From contig JBLDXI010000026.1 in NCBI GenBank assembly GCA_047495785.1, positions 868,001 to 932,000 on the forward strand: a stretch of 64,000 nucleotides of DNA, given 5' to 3'. The DNA is from Lepidodermella squamata. Lineage: Eukaryota > Animalia > Gastrotricha. The notes beneath the pieces were generated by a model. It worked only from the letters and a program-made list of their open reading frames with translations. It did no database searches and was not told the origin of the DNA. Both the position numbers and the translations under genes were made by a program. Shown here one piece after another: positions 37,894 to 51,714 of this stretch; the stretch's first letter is position 1; each line of letters starts with the position of its first letter.

Positions 37894-39995
37894 ATGCCGA
37901 AAATCGAATCATCAGCGCGTGTTGTTTTGTGTAAAGTTTGCGAGGAAGTTGTACCACGTCGCCGGCGCTACCAGCCGTCGTGTTGCGAGGCCTGCCAGAA
38001 GTTTTTCACGCGAAATCGCAGCCGAGCGGCACAGTTGGTTTGCAATCACTCTGCGGTGCCAACGCGGGAGATGGCGGGCGTTAACGCGTCGTCAACGCAC
38101 CACCACATACGCCGGTATATGTGCCCGAAATGCCGATATGACAAGTGTCTCGCCGCTGGCATGCACGGTACAATTTTCAAATAAAAAGACATCGAACAAT
38201 TTTGAAAATTTTTTTTATTACAGGTAGAGAAATGCGAGAAATGGAGAAAATGATGCTGTTCGAAAGCTCAGAAGCTGAAACAAGGTAAAAACGTGGGGAA
38301 TTCATTTTCGATAATTTTTTAAATTCCGAATAAGACAAAGGGAATTTTTTTGTTAAAGGCGAATTTTTCGGTTTTTTTCTTATTTTCCGGTAATTTTAAG
38401 GATAATTCGATATTTGTGAGGGTAGTTGCGAATTATAATTCGAAGGTAAAATTAGCCTATTTTCGTTTTTGGGAATTTGGGAATTACCTTTGAACAAATA
38501 GGTAATTTAGGGCGCTCATTTGCATATGCAATACCTCATTAGTTCCATATGCCATTTGCATATGCCTCATTAGTTCCAAATTTTCAAACTTCCAAATTCC
38601 CTAAGGTGGAAAAAATATGGTTTAATATTTGAAGACTTCGAAAATGTATTAATTTACTTTCTCGAATTGTTTAAATTTTTCAAATTTTTGTTGATGAGTT
38701 TTTCAATTTTTCAAAAATATGAAATAATTTGTAATAATGTACCATTTCTAAATTTAGATCTGTGGGAGAATCTACGCCTACACCAGGGTCGTATTACGCC
38801 GGAGGAGAAGAGATAATATCAAGGATATCACGTGACAGTGGCTCGGTCGTGCCTAATAACACTCAAGATGTAGAGGCCGACGACTGGAAGCCGATACCTC
38901 AGGAGCCTCTTTTAGTCAACGGCAAAGCGTCCGAGCTCACTCTATTAACTGCTTGCCAATCTACTCAGTCATTCCAGCTCTGGTCAGAGGTATAGACAGC
39001 AATTAATAGTAGGATTCGGGAAAAAATTTTAAATTTCCAACATTTCTTCAGGGCCCGCCTGGGAAGGCCGAAGAAGCTGAAGCGTTTGGCGTGAAGGTTG
39101 AGGAGGAAATTTTGCAATGGAATGAACAGATAAATTCGTATAACAAATATTTCCAAGGTAAATTTTCCCATTTCTCAAATTGATTTTATTTTACTAACAC
39201 TTTTGGTACCCATAGATTTGGCGTCTCAACTCTCACTGCCGCTTTCAAACGAAGAAATGTTGGAAATTGAGCGGTCAACAATTCCATCTCTGGCGACTAT
39301 TGTTTACAACCCGCCAACTAATGACTCGTCATATTTTTGTTGCAGCGGTGAAAGCTTGGCGAACTTTTTCCAAACTTTTCCGGAAAGTGCGGTACGTTTA
39401 TTCAAACAATTTTGTAACCCGCAATTATTTTTAATAATTTTGTTTCTTGAAGCAGAGAGGATACTTGAAAGTGCTAGAACTTCGCCAGGCTTTAGCCGAG
39501 TTGAATCCGACCTTCGTGGAAATGGTCCTCTGGATGGCTATCATGAACTTCAGAGGTCAGCTTTTTTACGATTGAAAAAAAAACATTTTAAATTTTTAAA
39601 TTTTCAAATTAAATTTTAAATTTCAAAATTTTAATTTTTTAACCAAAATTCTATAATTAAACCAAATTAAAAAAATTGAATTAAAATTTCAAATTTTCAA
39701 TTCAGATTTTTCATTTTTTTTCATTGCGCTAATCATCAATAATTTTTCAGATCCATCGGCGATTAATTCGAAAATCAGGATGCTTCAGAAATACCTGATC
39801 CAGACGTTCTACATGCTTGTTTCAAAGTACTGCTCAGAAATAGGCATTGATGCTCACGAAAGGCTGGATAAGTTTACGAATTGCAGCCGCCTGGTGATAG
39901 ACAGCGGTACGGAAATACTACGCGGCTTCAAGGCCTACAACCAGCTGCAGCCCATCTACCGAGCTTTAACTCAACTGACAACCGGTCCTGAGTAG
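37894..39995 (+). CDS. Divergent nuclear receptor 2 (exons ~37894-38167, 38224-38284, 38758-38989, 39052-39157, 39216-39391, 39452-39555, 39751-39995)
   Basis: CKVC...CEACQKFFTR...CNH...CPKCRYDKCLAAGM; exons join in phase; LBD exons are homologous to receptor 1. Confidence 0.82.
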
Positions 39996-40379
39996 AAACT
40001 CATCAAACAATCCTGTGAAAGCATCATATTCACCTGTTGTTGTAGTTTTGCGATATAAATTTATTTCTTGCTATTCGATATCAATACTTAGAGTCAGATC
40101 GGGTATATGAAAGAATTTACGTTTATGCTGACGCGATTCTAAATTATGATAAATGACTTTTTTCAAATTTTCTCCAGTTCATCTTGACTTTTAGAACTGG
40201 GCGTGAGAAGAATAAAAATATTCAATCATAATTGTGTTATTATTTTATTCAGAGATCAGATCGTTACCTAACTATCCAACTAGATAAACCATTCTAAATG
40301 TCCCAAAATGGCCTCTAAGTTTTTGCAGCTTCTCATTCTGAAAATCACCCGATTCGAAAGCAAAATGGATAACCCCACT

Positions 40380-41960
40380 AAACTTGAACTACGAAAAGCC
40401 TGTAATTTTTCGACATTTTTAATGCATTTTTTCGGCGTCCAAAGCAAAATTAGGCCGAAAGGTCAAAAACTAAGGACAGTATTGTAACTATGTCTTTCGC
40501 GCTTTTATCCGCGTACCTCATGTCGCACTATTACTCATGCGATTTGTGACTCACATGATGCACATCGTCTGACTAATATTTGTAGACTTTTATCTATAAT
40601 TAGGATTTAAAAAAAGACAAAACTTCTGCTGTAAGACACCTACCGTACACCTACCGTACATAGGTACAATTTCGTCCAGAAACATGTTGCCCTACTTCCC
40701 ACTTATTTGCCCTATCGGGTTTCTTTCGCTTTCGCAGGCAAAATTAAGGGAAAAGTTCAGAAAAATCATCGGCCGCCTGAGTTACTAGGCTATCAGTTAT
40801 ATTTTTCCGAATTCGATTCGATTGTCGATGTGTGATTCTTGGAATCGAAGCTCCATAAACTCAAAATCAGCCTTCTGTAACTGTAGCTTCTAAGCCAAGA
40901 ATCTTGATACAATTTTTACTTGAAAATGACGGTAGCGTAAAGCTAGGAATTGTCCAGGTGGAACAAAAATTATTATATGGGAAATTGGCGGTGACGTTGG
41001 CGTTTATTGAGGTCCAATTTCGTCCGCTGGACAAAAGATCAAAAGGTCAGGTTTCCGTTTCAATGTACTCGATCAGACAGAGGTTTTATAGGACATGAAG
41101 TCGCACTGCTTGTAAATTTTTCCGAAAATCGAATTTGGCTCGAATCAACACAATTTCACTTCAAACGAAAGTCACAAGAAAAACCCAGGTAGAAGTGGCT
41201 TGTAATTTCTGGAGCTTTTATTTTGCAGAAAATCACAGGCTGGGAAAAAAAATAATCCATAACTTTGAACTACAGAAGGCCTGTAAATTCTGTTGAAATT
41301 TTTCCTGAATTTTTCCGGTGAAAGCGAAAGTTTGAATTATATAAGTAATTTTGTATGACTAATCAAAATAATGTCTGTGAAAATTCTGGTCAAATTATAA
41401 TAGGTACAAGATTTTTCGGTGCCCTTTTGTCTCGATTTAGCAATCCTAATGACTTTCTGCTGTCTGGCGCCCTCATGTCTGCGCTTTTGTCTGTGCCCTC
41501 ACGTCCTACCAAGGTGCAAAATAGTGCGGACAACATTATTATGCAACTTTGTCTTTCACGTTTTTTATCGGCGCACCTTCATAATATGTCGCACAACTCA
41601 TGTGATTTGTATGATGACTCACATTGTCTGCCTCATTTGTTTAATCCTTATTGCACACTTATAATTCGGATTTAAAAAAGACATGCCCTATAAAGGTACA
41701 ACTTTCACGACATTTCTCTCACCTGTAGGCACTTAAAAACTCGGAAAAAACTTGCACTCGGAGACAAAATTCTGGAAAAATCTCAAAAAAATCCCCGATC
41801 AATTTGTTTTTCGATTTTGCTATTCCGAATTCGGTTCGATTATCGATTATTGATTTGTGGAATCACTATACCTCAAGAACCCTAAAATCACCCCTAGAAG
41901 GTAGAATTTTGAAACAATTTTTACACGAAAATGAAGGTAAGGTAAAGCTAAAATTTTCCA
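40380..41960. repeat. Two degenerate direct copies of a non-coding repeat (~40500-40960 and ~41570-41960)
   Basis: Shared blocks such as atgtcgcac...actcatg.gatttgt, ggatttaaaaaa.gaca, ccgaattcg.ttcgatt.tcgat. Confidence 0.65.
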
Positions 41961-42168
41961 GACGGAACGGCGAATTTCAAACGGCTGAAAATTGACGGTA
42001 AAATTGTCAACATATTTATCGTTCAATCAAGAGAAGAGATCATGCATAAATGTTATTATTTTATTAAAAAATCATCAAAACCACCCGAAAATGTGAAAGA
42101 GATTCAACGTCAACTACAACAATTATAATAAAAAATCACCGAAATTTCATGCAAAATTTGAAACACTC

Positions 42169-44078
42169 TCAACAGGTTTGGCGATTACGGCGCGTCGCCT
42201 TGAGCCGTTGGATAAACACTCGCATTTCATCGTGAAGCAGTTCAACATCGAAAACAGTGCGCCCGCGTAGCTCAACATCCGGACACTGCTGGCCAACAGT
42301 TGCATGCACATCCGCGCCCAGCTCGACCAGGGCCTCAGCCATTAAGGTAGACTCGCCGCATACAACCGCGAGATGAAACGCCGTCATGCCCGAGTGATTT
42401 CGCGCATTGACATCAACGTGTTTTTCTTCGATGAGATAACGAATGACTTCAACGGATTCGTCCATGGGTGATAAAGCGGCGCGGGTTAGTAGCGTCTCGC
42501 CGTCGCCGTCGATGAAATCAATCATGCGTGGATCGAGTTCGAGGAGGTACCGCACGACCTCGATTTTACCCGAATCGATCGCTAGGGAGATGGGTAGAGA
42601 CGCTGAAGGGCCGTTGATTGAATTTCGGTGCCAAATGTTGGCCGAGCAGTTTTCAACCAGCCACCGGACCGTGTCGAGGCGGCCGTTCTCGGCGGCGACG
42701 CACAGCGGGGTGCGGTCAGCGTCGTCTTTGCTGTGCGCAAGATCCGGATGCCGGGCGATGAGGAATGCGAGTACGTCGGTGTGGCCGAAAGTTGCGGCGA
42801 AGTGGGCCGGGTTCGGTCCGAGGAGTGCCGGGCATTTCGCGTAGACATTCGCGTTACGCGAGTCGACCAGGTGACGCGCGAGCGGGAGCATGTTGGGCGC
42901 CGAGGCGGCCAGGCACAGCAGGGTGCAGCCGAAGTAGGCGCTAAGGCGAGCTTCGATGAGGCACGGGCCGAATGCGTCTAGTAGGAACGCGGCTACGTCC
43001 ATGTGGCCGACCTCGGCGGCGTGAAGAATCGCCTCGGCGGCTTTATTAAGGCGGTTGTCGTCGAGAACGAGAGACGCTGGGTCAGCGGTGAGTACGGATA
43101 GCACGGAGGTGATTTTTTCGAGGTGGAGATTAGCCGGCAAATCGTCTTGACTCAACATCCGATCATCATTATCCGTCTCCAGATCTTGAAAAAAAATAAT
43201 TAAAATTAATACTTGAAAATTAAATTCAAAATTGAAATTAACTTCGAAAAATGTGTAAAATAATCGAAATAAAAAAAAATAAAAAAAATAATCATAATTT
43301 TCATCAAAGCAGAATTTTTTATAAATTAAAAAACACAGCAATAATATCTCCCTAGAGCGATTCTATAATTTCAGAAAATATGCGAAAATTACCCTGAGGT
43401 TCTAACCTAGTAAAATACCGAAAATTACCGAACAGTTACCATCGGGGATCTCCGGGTTTTCAACAGAATATTTGAGAATCTTCTGTGAAATCGAGAATAT
43501 GATGGGAGCTAATTTTCGAGAAAATTGTCAGGCTAGAAAATTGGTACGCAAATTGTGGAAAACGCTGTTTTGAAATTTTGTTCAATTTCAAGAAATTTCA
43601 AGAACATTTTCCAAAAATTTTGAGATTTTTACTTAGCAAATCCGCCTGCTCAGAAATTATTTTAAAATCAATTGAAATCAATTAAATCAATTTTTGAAAA
43701 ATTGAATAATTATTTGAATATGCATTTTCAAGCGTTATTTTTACCTTCTTCCGAATGATTGTGAACGATGTAGCACTGTTGGCCGCATTCCGGACACGCC
43801 AGGCTGAGGACGGTCGGGCCTTTTTCGGTCGACAGGCCCGAGTTCAGCTTAGAATCGACCGTTGTAGCTTGCTGAATGCACCGAAAACAGAACGTGTGAC
43901 CGCAAACTGGCACCGATTTCGGTTTCACGTAATAACCCGAACACAGCGGACACGTGATCAAAGCCTGTAAAAAAATTAATTTAGAACATCATTGATATAA
44001 ATTAGGTATACCTACCTCAACTAGTTGCCGCTTTTCGGAAAAAGAAAGCGAACCAAAACTGCTGTCCGTGAGAGACAT
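42169..44078 (-). CDS. RING-HC finger + ankyrin repeat protein, putative E3 ligase (exons 44078-44016, 43964-43745, 43184-42169)
   Basis: CPLC...CGHTFCFRC...CPEC followed by about 7 ankyrin repeats (TPLCVAAENG, TAFHLAV); in-phase splice junctions. Confidence 0.85.
43410..43460 (+). repeat. Short dispersed repeat (also ~45062, ~52860, reverse ~54590)
   Basis: aaaataccgaaaattaccga...ag.taccatcg recurring. Confidence 0.75.
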
Positions 44079-44339
44079 ATCGGCGGCAAGAATCGAGCAA
44101 TAAAAAGATTAATCCTTTCCCTATAGCAAAACAATAGTTCTAGAATTCTTTTGACGGCAAGGCGGTGGTTTTAAAATTCGAGTTGCGAATTCCAAGCGTG
44201 AAATAAGAGGTGATGGATAAACCGGGCGGTGAGGTATAAAGGCTGTTTGAATTGAGAATTAAATATGCAGTGAGCAAGTGATGACTAAGGCCTGCAACAA
44301 AGCTATACTTGAACGATAGTTAAACACGCAGAACACGAT

Positions 44340-44567
44340 ATGGCTATCGTTTACTCGTCGGGCGTCGAGTGGCCGGCGTCGCCGCCCTGCTTTGAGGCAC
44401 GACAAATCCTGCGCGCGCGCGCGGACGCACTCGAGCGCAACAGGCGCGCCTCAATAGCCTCGTCGGTCGCTTCCGCGCGCGCTCTTCGCCGGTCGGCCAT
44501 TCATTCGGCCACGGCAGACGTCATGCAGATGTTGGCGCTTCAAGATGCTAATAATACGTTTGTTTAG
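44340..44567 (+). CDS. Possible small protein or first exon, divergently oriented to the RING-ankyrin gene
   Basis: GC-rich ATG-initiated ORF in an AT-rich background, TATA-like gtataaa at ~44235; no recognisable domain. Confidence 0.35.
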   Translation: MAIVYSSGVEWPASPPCFEARQILRARADALERNRRASIASSVASARALRRSAIHSATADVMQMLALQDANNTFV

Positions 44568-45871
44568 TTCGTATGAAATTTGTCAACTACTTGCTCTCAC
44601 CCAACGCCCGCATGTTTGCGTGACGATGAATGCCGCGCGCTTTGTCGGGCTTGATCATCTTCAGTATCGGAGGTAAATAACTTTACAAAAATAAACAAGA
44701 CTATAATTATCAAAGTGTAACCGCCTCTCAAAATCGTTCAATTAAATTTCCTTCGTGAGCAACATGTAGGTCTCTAAGTGATGACAGGGAATAGGAATTT
44801 TTTTCTAAATTCATCAAAATCAGTTGAGAGGGAGAAGTCATGAAAAAGCAGAAGAATTCCTAAAAAGGTTAAAATACAGCGAGTCTTATAATTAGGCAAG
44901 GAAAGAAAAACACGGAAAAGGTTTCAGAAGCTCTAAAACGAGAGGTGAAGTCTCATACCAGCATGGCCAGAACAATTTAAGAAAATCACTAGAATAGTTA
45001 TCAAGTATGGTACTTGTTAATGGGATTAAAAACAGTCCGGAGAAATTTGCTACAACCGATGAAAATACCGAAAATTACCGAGCCAGTTACCATCGGGGTT
45101 TTCCGGGTTTTCTTCGGTTAAATCGCGGATGAAATATGGAATACTCTCCCGGTTAGTTCAATCCTAATAAAATGTGTTGAATTGCCTAAAAAATTCTGGG
45201 ATACTCGGTATTAAAAATGGGTGTAAATTTTCCTGCCACCAATTTTTGGGGTTACACCATCAATTTCGGCACTTTTATTAACAAAAACAGGAAAATTCGA
45301 ATCCCCCCATCAATTTCGGATTTTCTATCATCAAATTGCAGCTTCTGATATGGCAGGCCATTTGGCAATGTTATATGAACATCTTTCGACTAAATCGCAT
45401 CGGGTATTTATCGGTATTTTGTGGAGAGAAAATCCATTTTGTTGGCAAAAATACCCAAATCGACGGCAGCTTCCGTTTCATAGGCGAATTGATCCGATTT
45501 GATGGCAGAAAGCATTTTCCTAATAAAAATTACGGAACGATTCCGATCGGTTGTTTTCGGGTTTTCTATGAATTTTTTTCAGATTTTAGAAATCTTCAAT
45601 TTTCAAAAAAATGGAAAGCCTCGAAGTTTGAGAGGCCGGTGAATATTTTTACAATTTCCCAATATTTTATTGGCTAGGCCGACTGGTGACAACTTTATAG
45701 CGCTCATTGCGGAAAAAAATGCCATAAAACGCACTCGTCGTTGATAGCCGATTAAAAAAAATCAATTTTCTTTATTAAAAAAATCAAGCATTTTATTTAA
45801 ACAAATGTGTTGATAAGATGCATTTCTTTGCAGCGCAGTATCGTCAGTAGAAAATTTATGGATTTATTCTG

Positions 45872-48365
45872 TCACCAAATCGAGCATTTATCTTTAGCTA
45901 CCATCGGCGACTGCGGCCCGCATTTGAAAGCTTTCGCAAATTCATCAAAATTCGACAACGGGCCAAGAATGCGCAACTTTGGGACAGCATGTACGTCGCT
46001 CGATAACTGATTATCAATACTCTCCTTCGTCGCAATACTGCACCAGGAATGGCTGAAACGAACGAAGAATAACTGTTCAGGCGTCAGGTCTAAACAGGGC
46101 AGGCGTTGCGGCTGTTGCGGATTCCGCGATCTGTAGCTTTGTAGCGCCTGAAAAGCCACCTTAATACCGCCATCGTCGGCTAAATTTTCGCCCAGTGTCT
46201 GCTCGCCACTCACGTTTTTGCCGTTGATTCGGTACGCGTCAAATTTGTCGATGAAACATTGAGATCGATCGTCGAAATTGTTCGAAGATTGCGCCGTCCA
46301 CCAATCGCGTAAATTTCCTATTTCATCGTACTGAAAGGAATTAGAGAAAAAAATTTGTTAAATAAAAAAAAACGGATTTTTTATTACCTGTCTCCCAGAA
46401 TTATCGAAACCATGCGTGACCTAAAAAAATAATAATTAATTAGTTAATTCCTAATTTTAAATTATAGAAATTGACGGTTATTTCTAGACATTGAAATTTA
46501 AATTTAAATTCAATTTAAATTTTAAAAATAGTTTTCTCTTAATTCTCACGTCACCAGCCGAATCGTAAGGACTTTTTTCAAGTTTCGATTTTTTTCAAGT
46601 CGAAAGCAAAATTACCTCATGGCCAGCAGTTGAACCAACATAAGCGAAATTAAAAGCGCTCGGGACATTTCGGTTCAAGTAAAAAAATGGCTCAATAAGG
46701 TAGCCATCTGGTATTTTGACTGAATTTGTTGTCGGGTCGTACTCGGCATTTTGATCCAGCGGCGCCATGCCTCGCCATTCCTCTCGCTCAACAGGTTTTC
46801 GAAGGTACTAGAAAAATGAAATAAAATATTTAAAAAAATCAAGAGTTTATCATATTTACTGATAATTTTTGCTGAGTATCGAATTTGTTGAGATTTTTAT
46901 GATTTTCGATGAAACTATCGGTAACTCTCAGGGTCAAATACCGCCGATCCATGAACGTGTCATTCAACAGCCAAGCAGGATGGCCGGCTAAGATTTTCAT
47001 GTTATCCACCTTAGCAATAGCCGCTCGCCTCGTGACGGCATCCATCCACGGAACCGCAAGAATTCGACTTCGAAATTCGGCTAAAATCGAAGAAATCAAC
47101 TCCTTTTTCAGCGTTAAATCATCGCCCGAATAATAACGCTTCAAAACCATAGCCGACACAGGATAGGCGAGTGATTGATACGTAATATCCAAGCACAAAT
47201 CCGTTCGGTTATCCGATGGAATTCGGCCGGAATAAATTCGATTAAAAACATCTACAATCGATTTGAAATTGCCCCAAACGTTTTCAGTTACCGAGTCCAA
47301 AGCCCTCATTACGACGTAGTTGTGAAGGGTCTTCTTACCCGAGTCAGTTTTCAGGTATTCATTAATTAAATTCGTTAAATTTCCGAAAAATTCCGGATCG
47401 ATAACTAGAATTTTTTCTTGATTTGTCGCCGTCATTCCCGAAAATTCGAATAATTTGTTAAAATATTCCAGCCAATTCATAAAATTGTAGGCAATCTGTA
47501 GATTGCCGATATCGCTGATTTTAAGAACAGATTTTCGATTCTTCATCATTTCGAAATTATCCTTTTGAATCAGTGCCAATTTCAGTTCGAATTTCACGAT
47601 ATCAACAATGGCGTTTCGGTCGATACTGAAATTTCCCGACACGACCCTAGCGATTCCTAAGAACTTTTCAATCACAGCCTGTAAATTCGGATCCTCCTCA
47701 ATTTTCACGTCGATATAATCAGCCCGGCTACTCAGGCTTAACTCGCCCTGTGATATTGTTAAAATATGCCGAGTAGCATCCAATTCATTCGGCATAACAT
47801 CGATACTGAATAAAGCGTCATGGGTGTAGTAGTAGACCTTAGTCAAGGCTGACGATAGGTTCCAGTTCGGAGGCAACGGCTCCGAATCTGTCAGGTAGAG
47901 TCCGCCAAGTTGAAGGACTAAACTCCTCAATTCATTCATCGAATTCGCGTTCAAATACGGCAGGTTCAAGCAGGCGTAGTAAAATTTTTCGACTTTTAAT
48001 GAAGTCGGATTTTTGTTGATATTACCCTGGTTCATGTAGGGGCAGGTATTTTCGAGAACGCTGCGCATTTGACTTCGAAGTTTTAGGGCGGATAATTGGT
48101 CGAAGTTGAATGAATTTTTGCCGTTTGGAATTTTTTGCGATTTTTCAAAGCCGCCGCATGCGTATTGGTTGAAATCCTGGCACGGATCAGCGCTAAGGTC
48201 CATCAGGGACATTAGATCATCGGCGATTTCGGCACATTTAGGGTCTGAACACGTGTCGGGGTTGCGTGTATTGGTCGGAATTTGGCAAAGTCCGAAAGCG
48301 GCTCTCGATCCGCAAATGACGACTGTTAAAACAACGGCAGCAGCAATTTTGCATATGAAAAACAT
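45872..48365 (-). CDS. M13 family zinc metallopeptidase (neprilysin/ECE-like), exons ~48365-46862, ~46808-46616, 46420-~46388, ~46330-45872
   Basis: DPCQDFNQYACGG, WMD..T...A..K, NAEY, GHE|VTHGFD (HExxH split by an intron), GENLADDGG, terminal CSIW; N-terminal hydrophobic segment. Confidence 0.93.
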
Positions 48366-48884
48366 GTTGATTGTTTATAAAATAAATTCACAACTTTCTC
48401 GAGCTATTTTACTGACGGGCTTGGCGAAGAACAGGTAGCTAAATTTTTTTTTCGAAAGCGACCAAGCCTCTGCTGCGCTTTTGTTAGGTATAAAATTAGA
48501 AAAATTCAACACATGCGATAATGTGAATAAAGTTTTCGGCTGAAAACACTTGAAATTTGGACGAATGATTCAGCCGGTTGCTTCGAATAAATTTGTATAT
48601 TCCGTAATTACTACGATACAAAAAAACACCGTTATTGGGGTATGGATAGGACTTTATTACAAGGATAGAATTAGTACGTATTCACATCATATATCTGAAT
48701 ATTATATTCAATTTTACAATTTTACAATATACATACAATATACATGCTTGCATGTTAATATATGATCTAGTTTCTAGGCTCTAAGTTTTTCATCCATTGT
48801 CCTATAGTTGCCGTGATTTTTGATGAACTGCGCGTGTATAATCTTACCCAAACGAATCATAGCTTTTCATGATAGGACGGCCTA

Positions 48885-49382
48885 TTGCTCGAAAACCGTA
48901 TTCATACCTTGTGCGCTCTCGACGGGGAAAATCGACGATTTAGGCTATCAGGCTCTTTTCAATTTATACATATGAAAACTGAATGTGAAGTGTCCCGTGA
49001 ATATCTACGCATTGTAGGGAAAAATTACGAAGACTTTCGTACGTCGGAAAACGTACCCTGTCCCGTTTTCATCATCGATTCGGATTCGCTCTCATCTGAG
49101 GAGGTCTATGAACTCAAGCGGCTTCGTTTTTGAAAGCGTTCATTTTGGCACGCTGAAATGGACCCCGACCGTTTGTTGGACTCGGACGCTCGCTATATCG
49201 AAACAGCATTATTAGAATGTGCGGTGTGCAAACATATCCTATTAGATCCCTTCCAAACCCGAAACTGCGTTATCAGACTTCTGAGAAATTCGGCCGTTAA
49301 TATAGTGTTACTTGCCCGCTGTGCCACCAACATTTATCATCTGCCGACTTCATTCATCTTCCCGTTCTACTGTCTAATATAA
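48885..49382 (+). pseudogene. Possible degenerate RING-finger gene fragment
   Basis: Two in-frame ORFs separated by one TGA. LECAVCKHILLDPFQTRNC resembles the first half of a RING finger, but the remaining ligands are missing. Confidence 0.35.
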
Positions 49383-51714
49383 TTAAAACCCATTAAAGCC
49401 CAACGGCATCTTTTCCTGCCACCCTATATTTAAAAAAATCGTGTAGGGTGACTACAACCACAGGGTGTCTAAAAGGCATATCTCCGCACTGGGAAATCGT
49501 GTAAATTCGGTGAAAACGGATAAATGACTAGTGTCTCATAGGCTTGGTGATGAGCTAGAACCTGGTTTTTGGGACTGTCATCAAAATGCACCCAAGTGTC
49601 ATCAAACTCGATTTTGCACAGAGTATCACCTGGGACCAAACTGAATACATTTCTAATAGATAGATCTCATCGTGCTGATACACTTTTTCTTTGAGAGCGG
49701 CTTCCTAGCTATCACCCTTCTTGAGATAATCGCCCAGGTGTGACAACAGGTAAGGTCACGTGACCAACTTGACACTGGAATATCTCAATAACGGTAGATG
49801 ATAAAAATATGCGGTTTTCAGATTCTTAATCCCCGAATTTTTCTCTATCGGAAACGCACGTCTCAATAGGGCAAGAAAAATACAAATATTTCCCGAAAAG
49901 TTTCTGAAAAGTTCCCGAAAAGCTTTAATGGTTCCTCAACGGCTGTCGTACAACACTAACCTATGATAAAATATTCGGAAACGAAAAATTTTGCCCATTT
50001 TACCGCTGTAAAAATGACGAAACTGGATGCCCGGGAAGGCGAATTAGAGCTTGAAAAAACTCTTCATCTTAATTACAAGTAAAATGACCCTATGTCGAAA
50101 TAACTGACGGTCAGGCAGGAGGAATTTCTGAACAACTTTGTTCCGCATTTTCGCCCGCCCAATAACACCTGGGTATCGCAGGCAAACTTCGCGCTGGAGA
50201 GTCTGAATCCTGTATAAAAGTACCAGATACCGAATTGCTGCATTCAAATCTCCATTTTTCTCCCTCCGTTTACACTACAATACGCCTTGGTTTACGACGA
50301 TGGTATCTCGATTCTGAAGGTGAAATATTCCCCAACCTTAACTTCTGTCAAATTATACCCATTATACCAGGAAAAAACACCCCTCAAAGAACGGGCTCAG
50401 CCTTCTTTGATCTCAGTTTCAATCCCTACCCCAGGCAGTTGTGGACTTGAAAATTTGCCACACATGTCAGAAGTTGTAACTAATTGTAACAAAAGACCAT
50501 CGGTGTAATAGTAGTGTAATAGGCATAAGTGTAATAAAATTCTTCCAGCCAGCTTGCGTCAGGATCGCGAACCGCAATAGTATCAAAGTTTGAAAATTTC
50601 TGATACTTGGCAGACAAATTATTCGACAGCCCGGTAACCATCAGTGTTGACTTGCCACTATAATAAACATTTTAAATATCCAGAAAAATTAAAGGTTTCG
50701 AATCAACTTACGCTCCGGTATTATTAATTACGCCGACATGGTAATAATTTGAAGACATTTTTATTGCGTTTAATATTTTAATACGAAGTGCCTATTTAAA
50801 CAAAATTACAAAATTATGTGGTATATTTTATATTTTAACTATCTGAACTAATTTTTAAAAGTGAACTTCGTTATTTCGCGATTTATTTAGTTATCCTGGT
50901 TAGGGTTAGGGCTATAGTGTGAGTTTTGAAATACTAAATTATGTGAAAATTTTAATAATTTCGCTTCAGCCTGATTGCAGGAATGATCCCGGCCGGCAAT
51001 GTGCAACGCAGCTGGTGTGGATTGCGTCATGCCTGGTACGCAAGCTCATTAATGATTGTGAGTGTAATAAATAAGCCGATTTATTTTGTTAACCCTTTCG
51101 CTGCCGAAAAGGCTTTCTCCGCCGTGAACCGGTTCTCCGCCGAGGATAAAGCTTGACTATTTGTGCTCCCGAATTGGTTAAATAATCCAGTGTTCAACTT
51201 TTGCATTGTTTACTAATCCTGTTTGTGTAAATACGAAGTTTGCATGGTTTTCACGCGCGCGAGTTACAATAAACGCTCTATTATTTTTGGATTAAGCAAC
51301 CCTTTCAACATTTTTAGATTTCCGCTAGTGAATACTCGAAACTCATGATATCAGGTTGTTTCCTCAGGAATAATTTTTCAAAATTCACCGAAAAGGGATT
51401 CAGGGATTTATTTGGTGGATTAAGGGCAAGAATGTCATTCTTCTGGCTCATCCGGAACATTTTCGAAAATTTTTGAAAATGAATTTATATCCATGTTGAG
51501 AATTTACTCTATCCATTAGCGATGTAAACTTCCTGGCCTCAAGGAATTTGACGAATAATCAGACAAAGCTGGAATATCAGAATTTTATTTCAGCATAATA
51601 TCAATTAATCCATTATGTGCAAGCTGCTTATCAAAGATTTTCATAGAATAATCATGTGGCAATAAATTATCATAGAAGTTATTCAAAAGCGTTTTCAATT
51701 GTATCGCCGGTTTT

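Noticed and set aside
42169-43184. Bacterial contamination or horizontal transfer suggested by the GC-rich ankyrin exon
   Set aside because: It is spliced in phase to AT-richer RING exons, and another clearly animal gene here has a similar GC bias; composition alone is not evidence.
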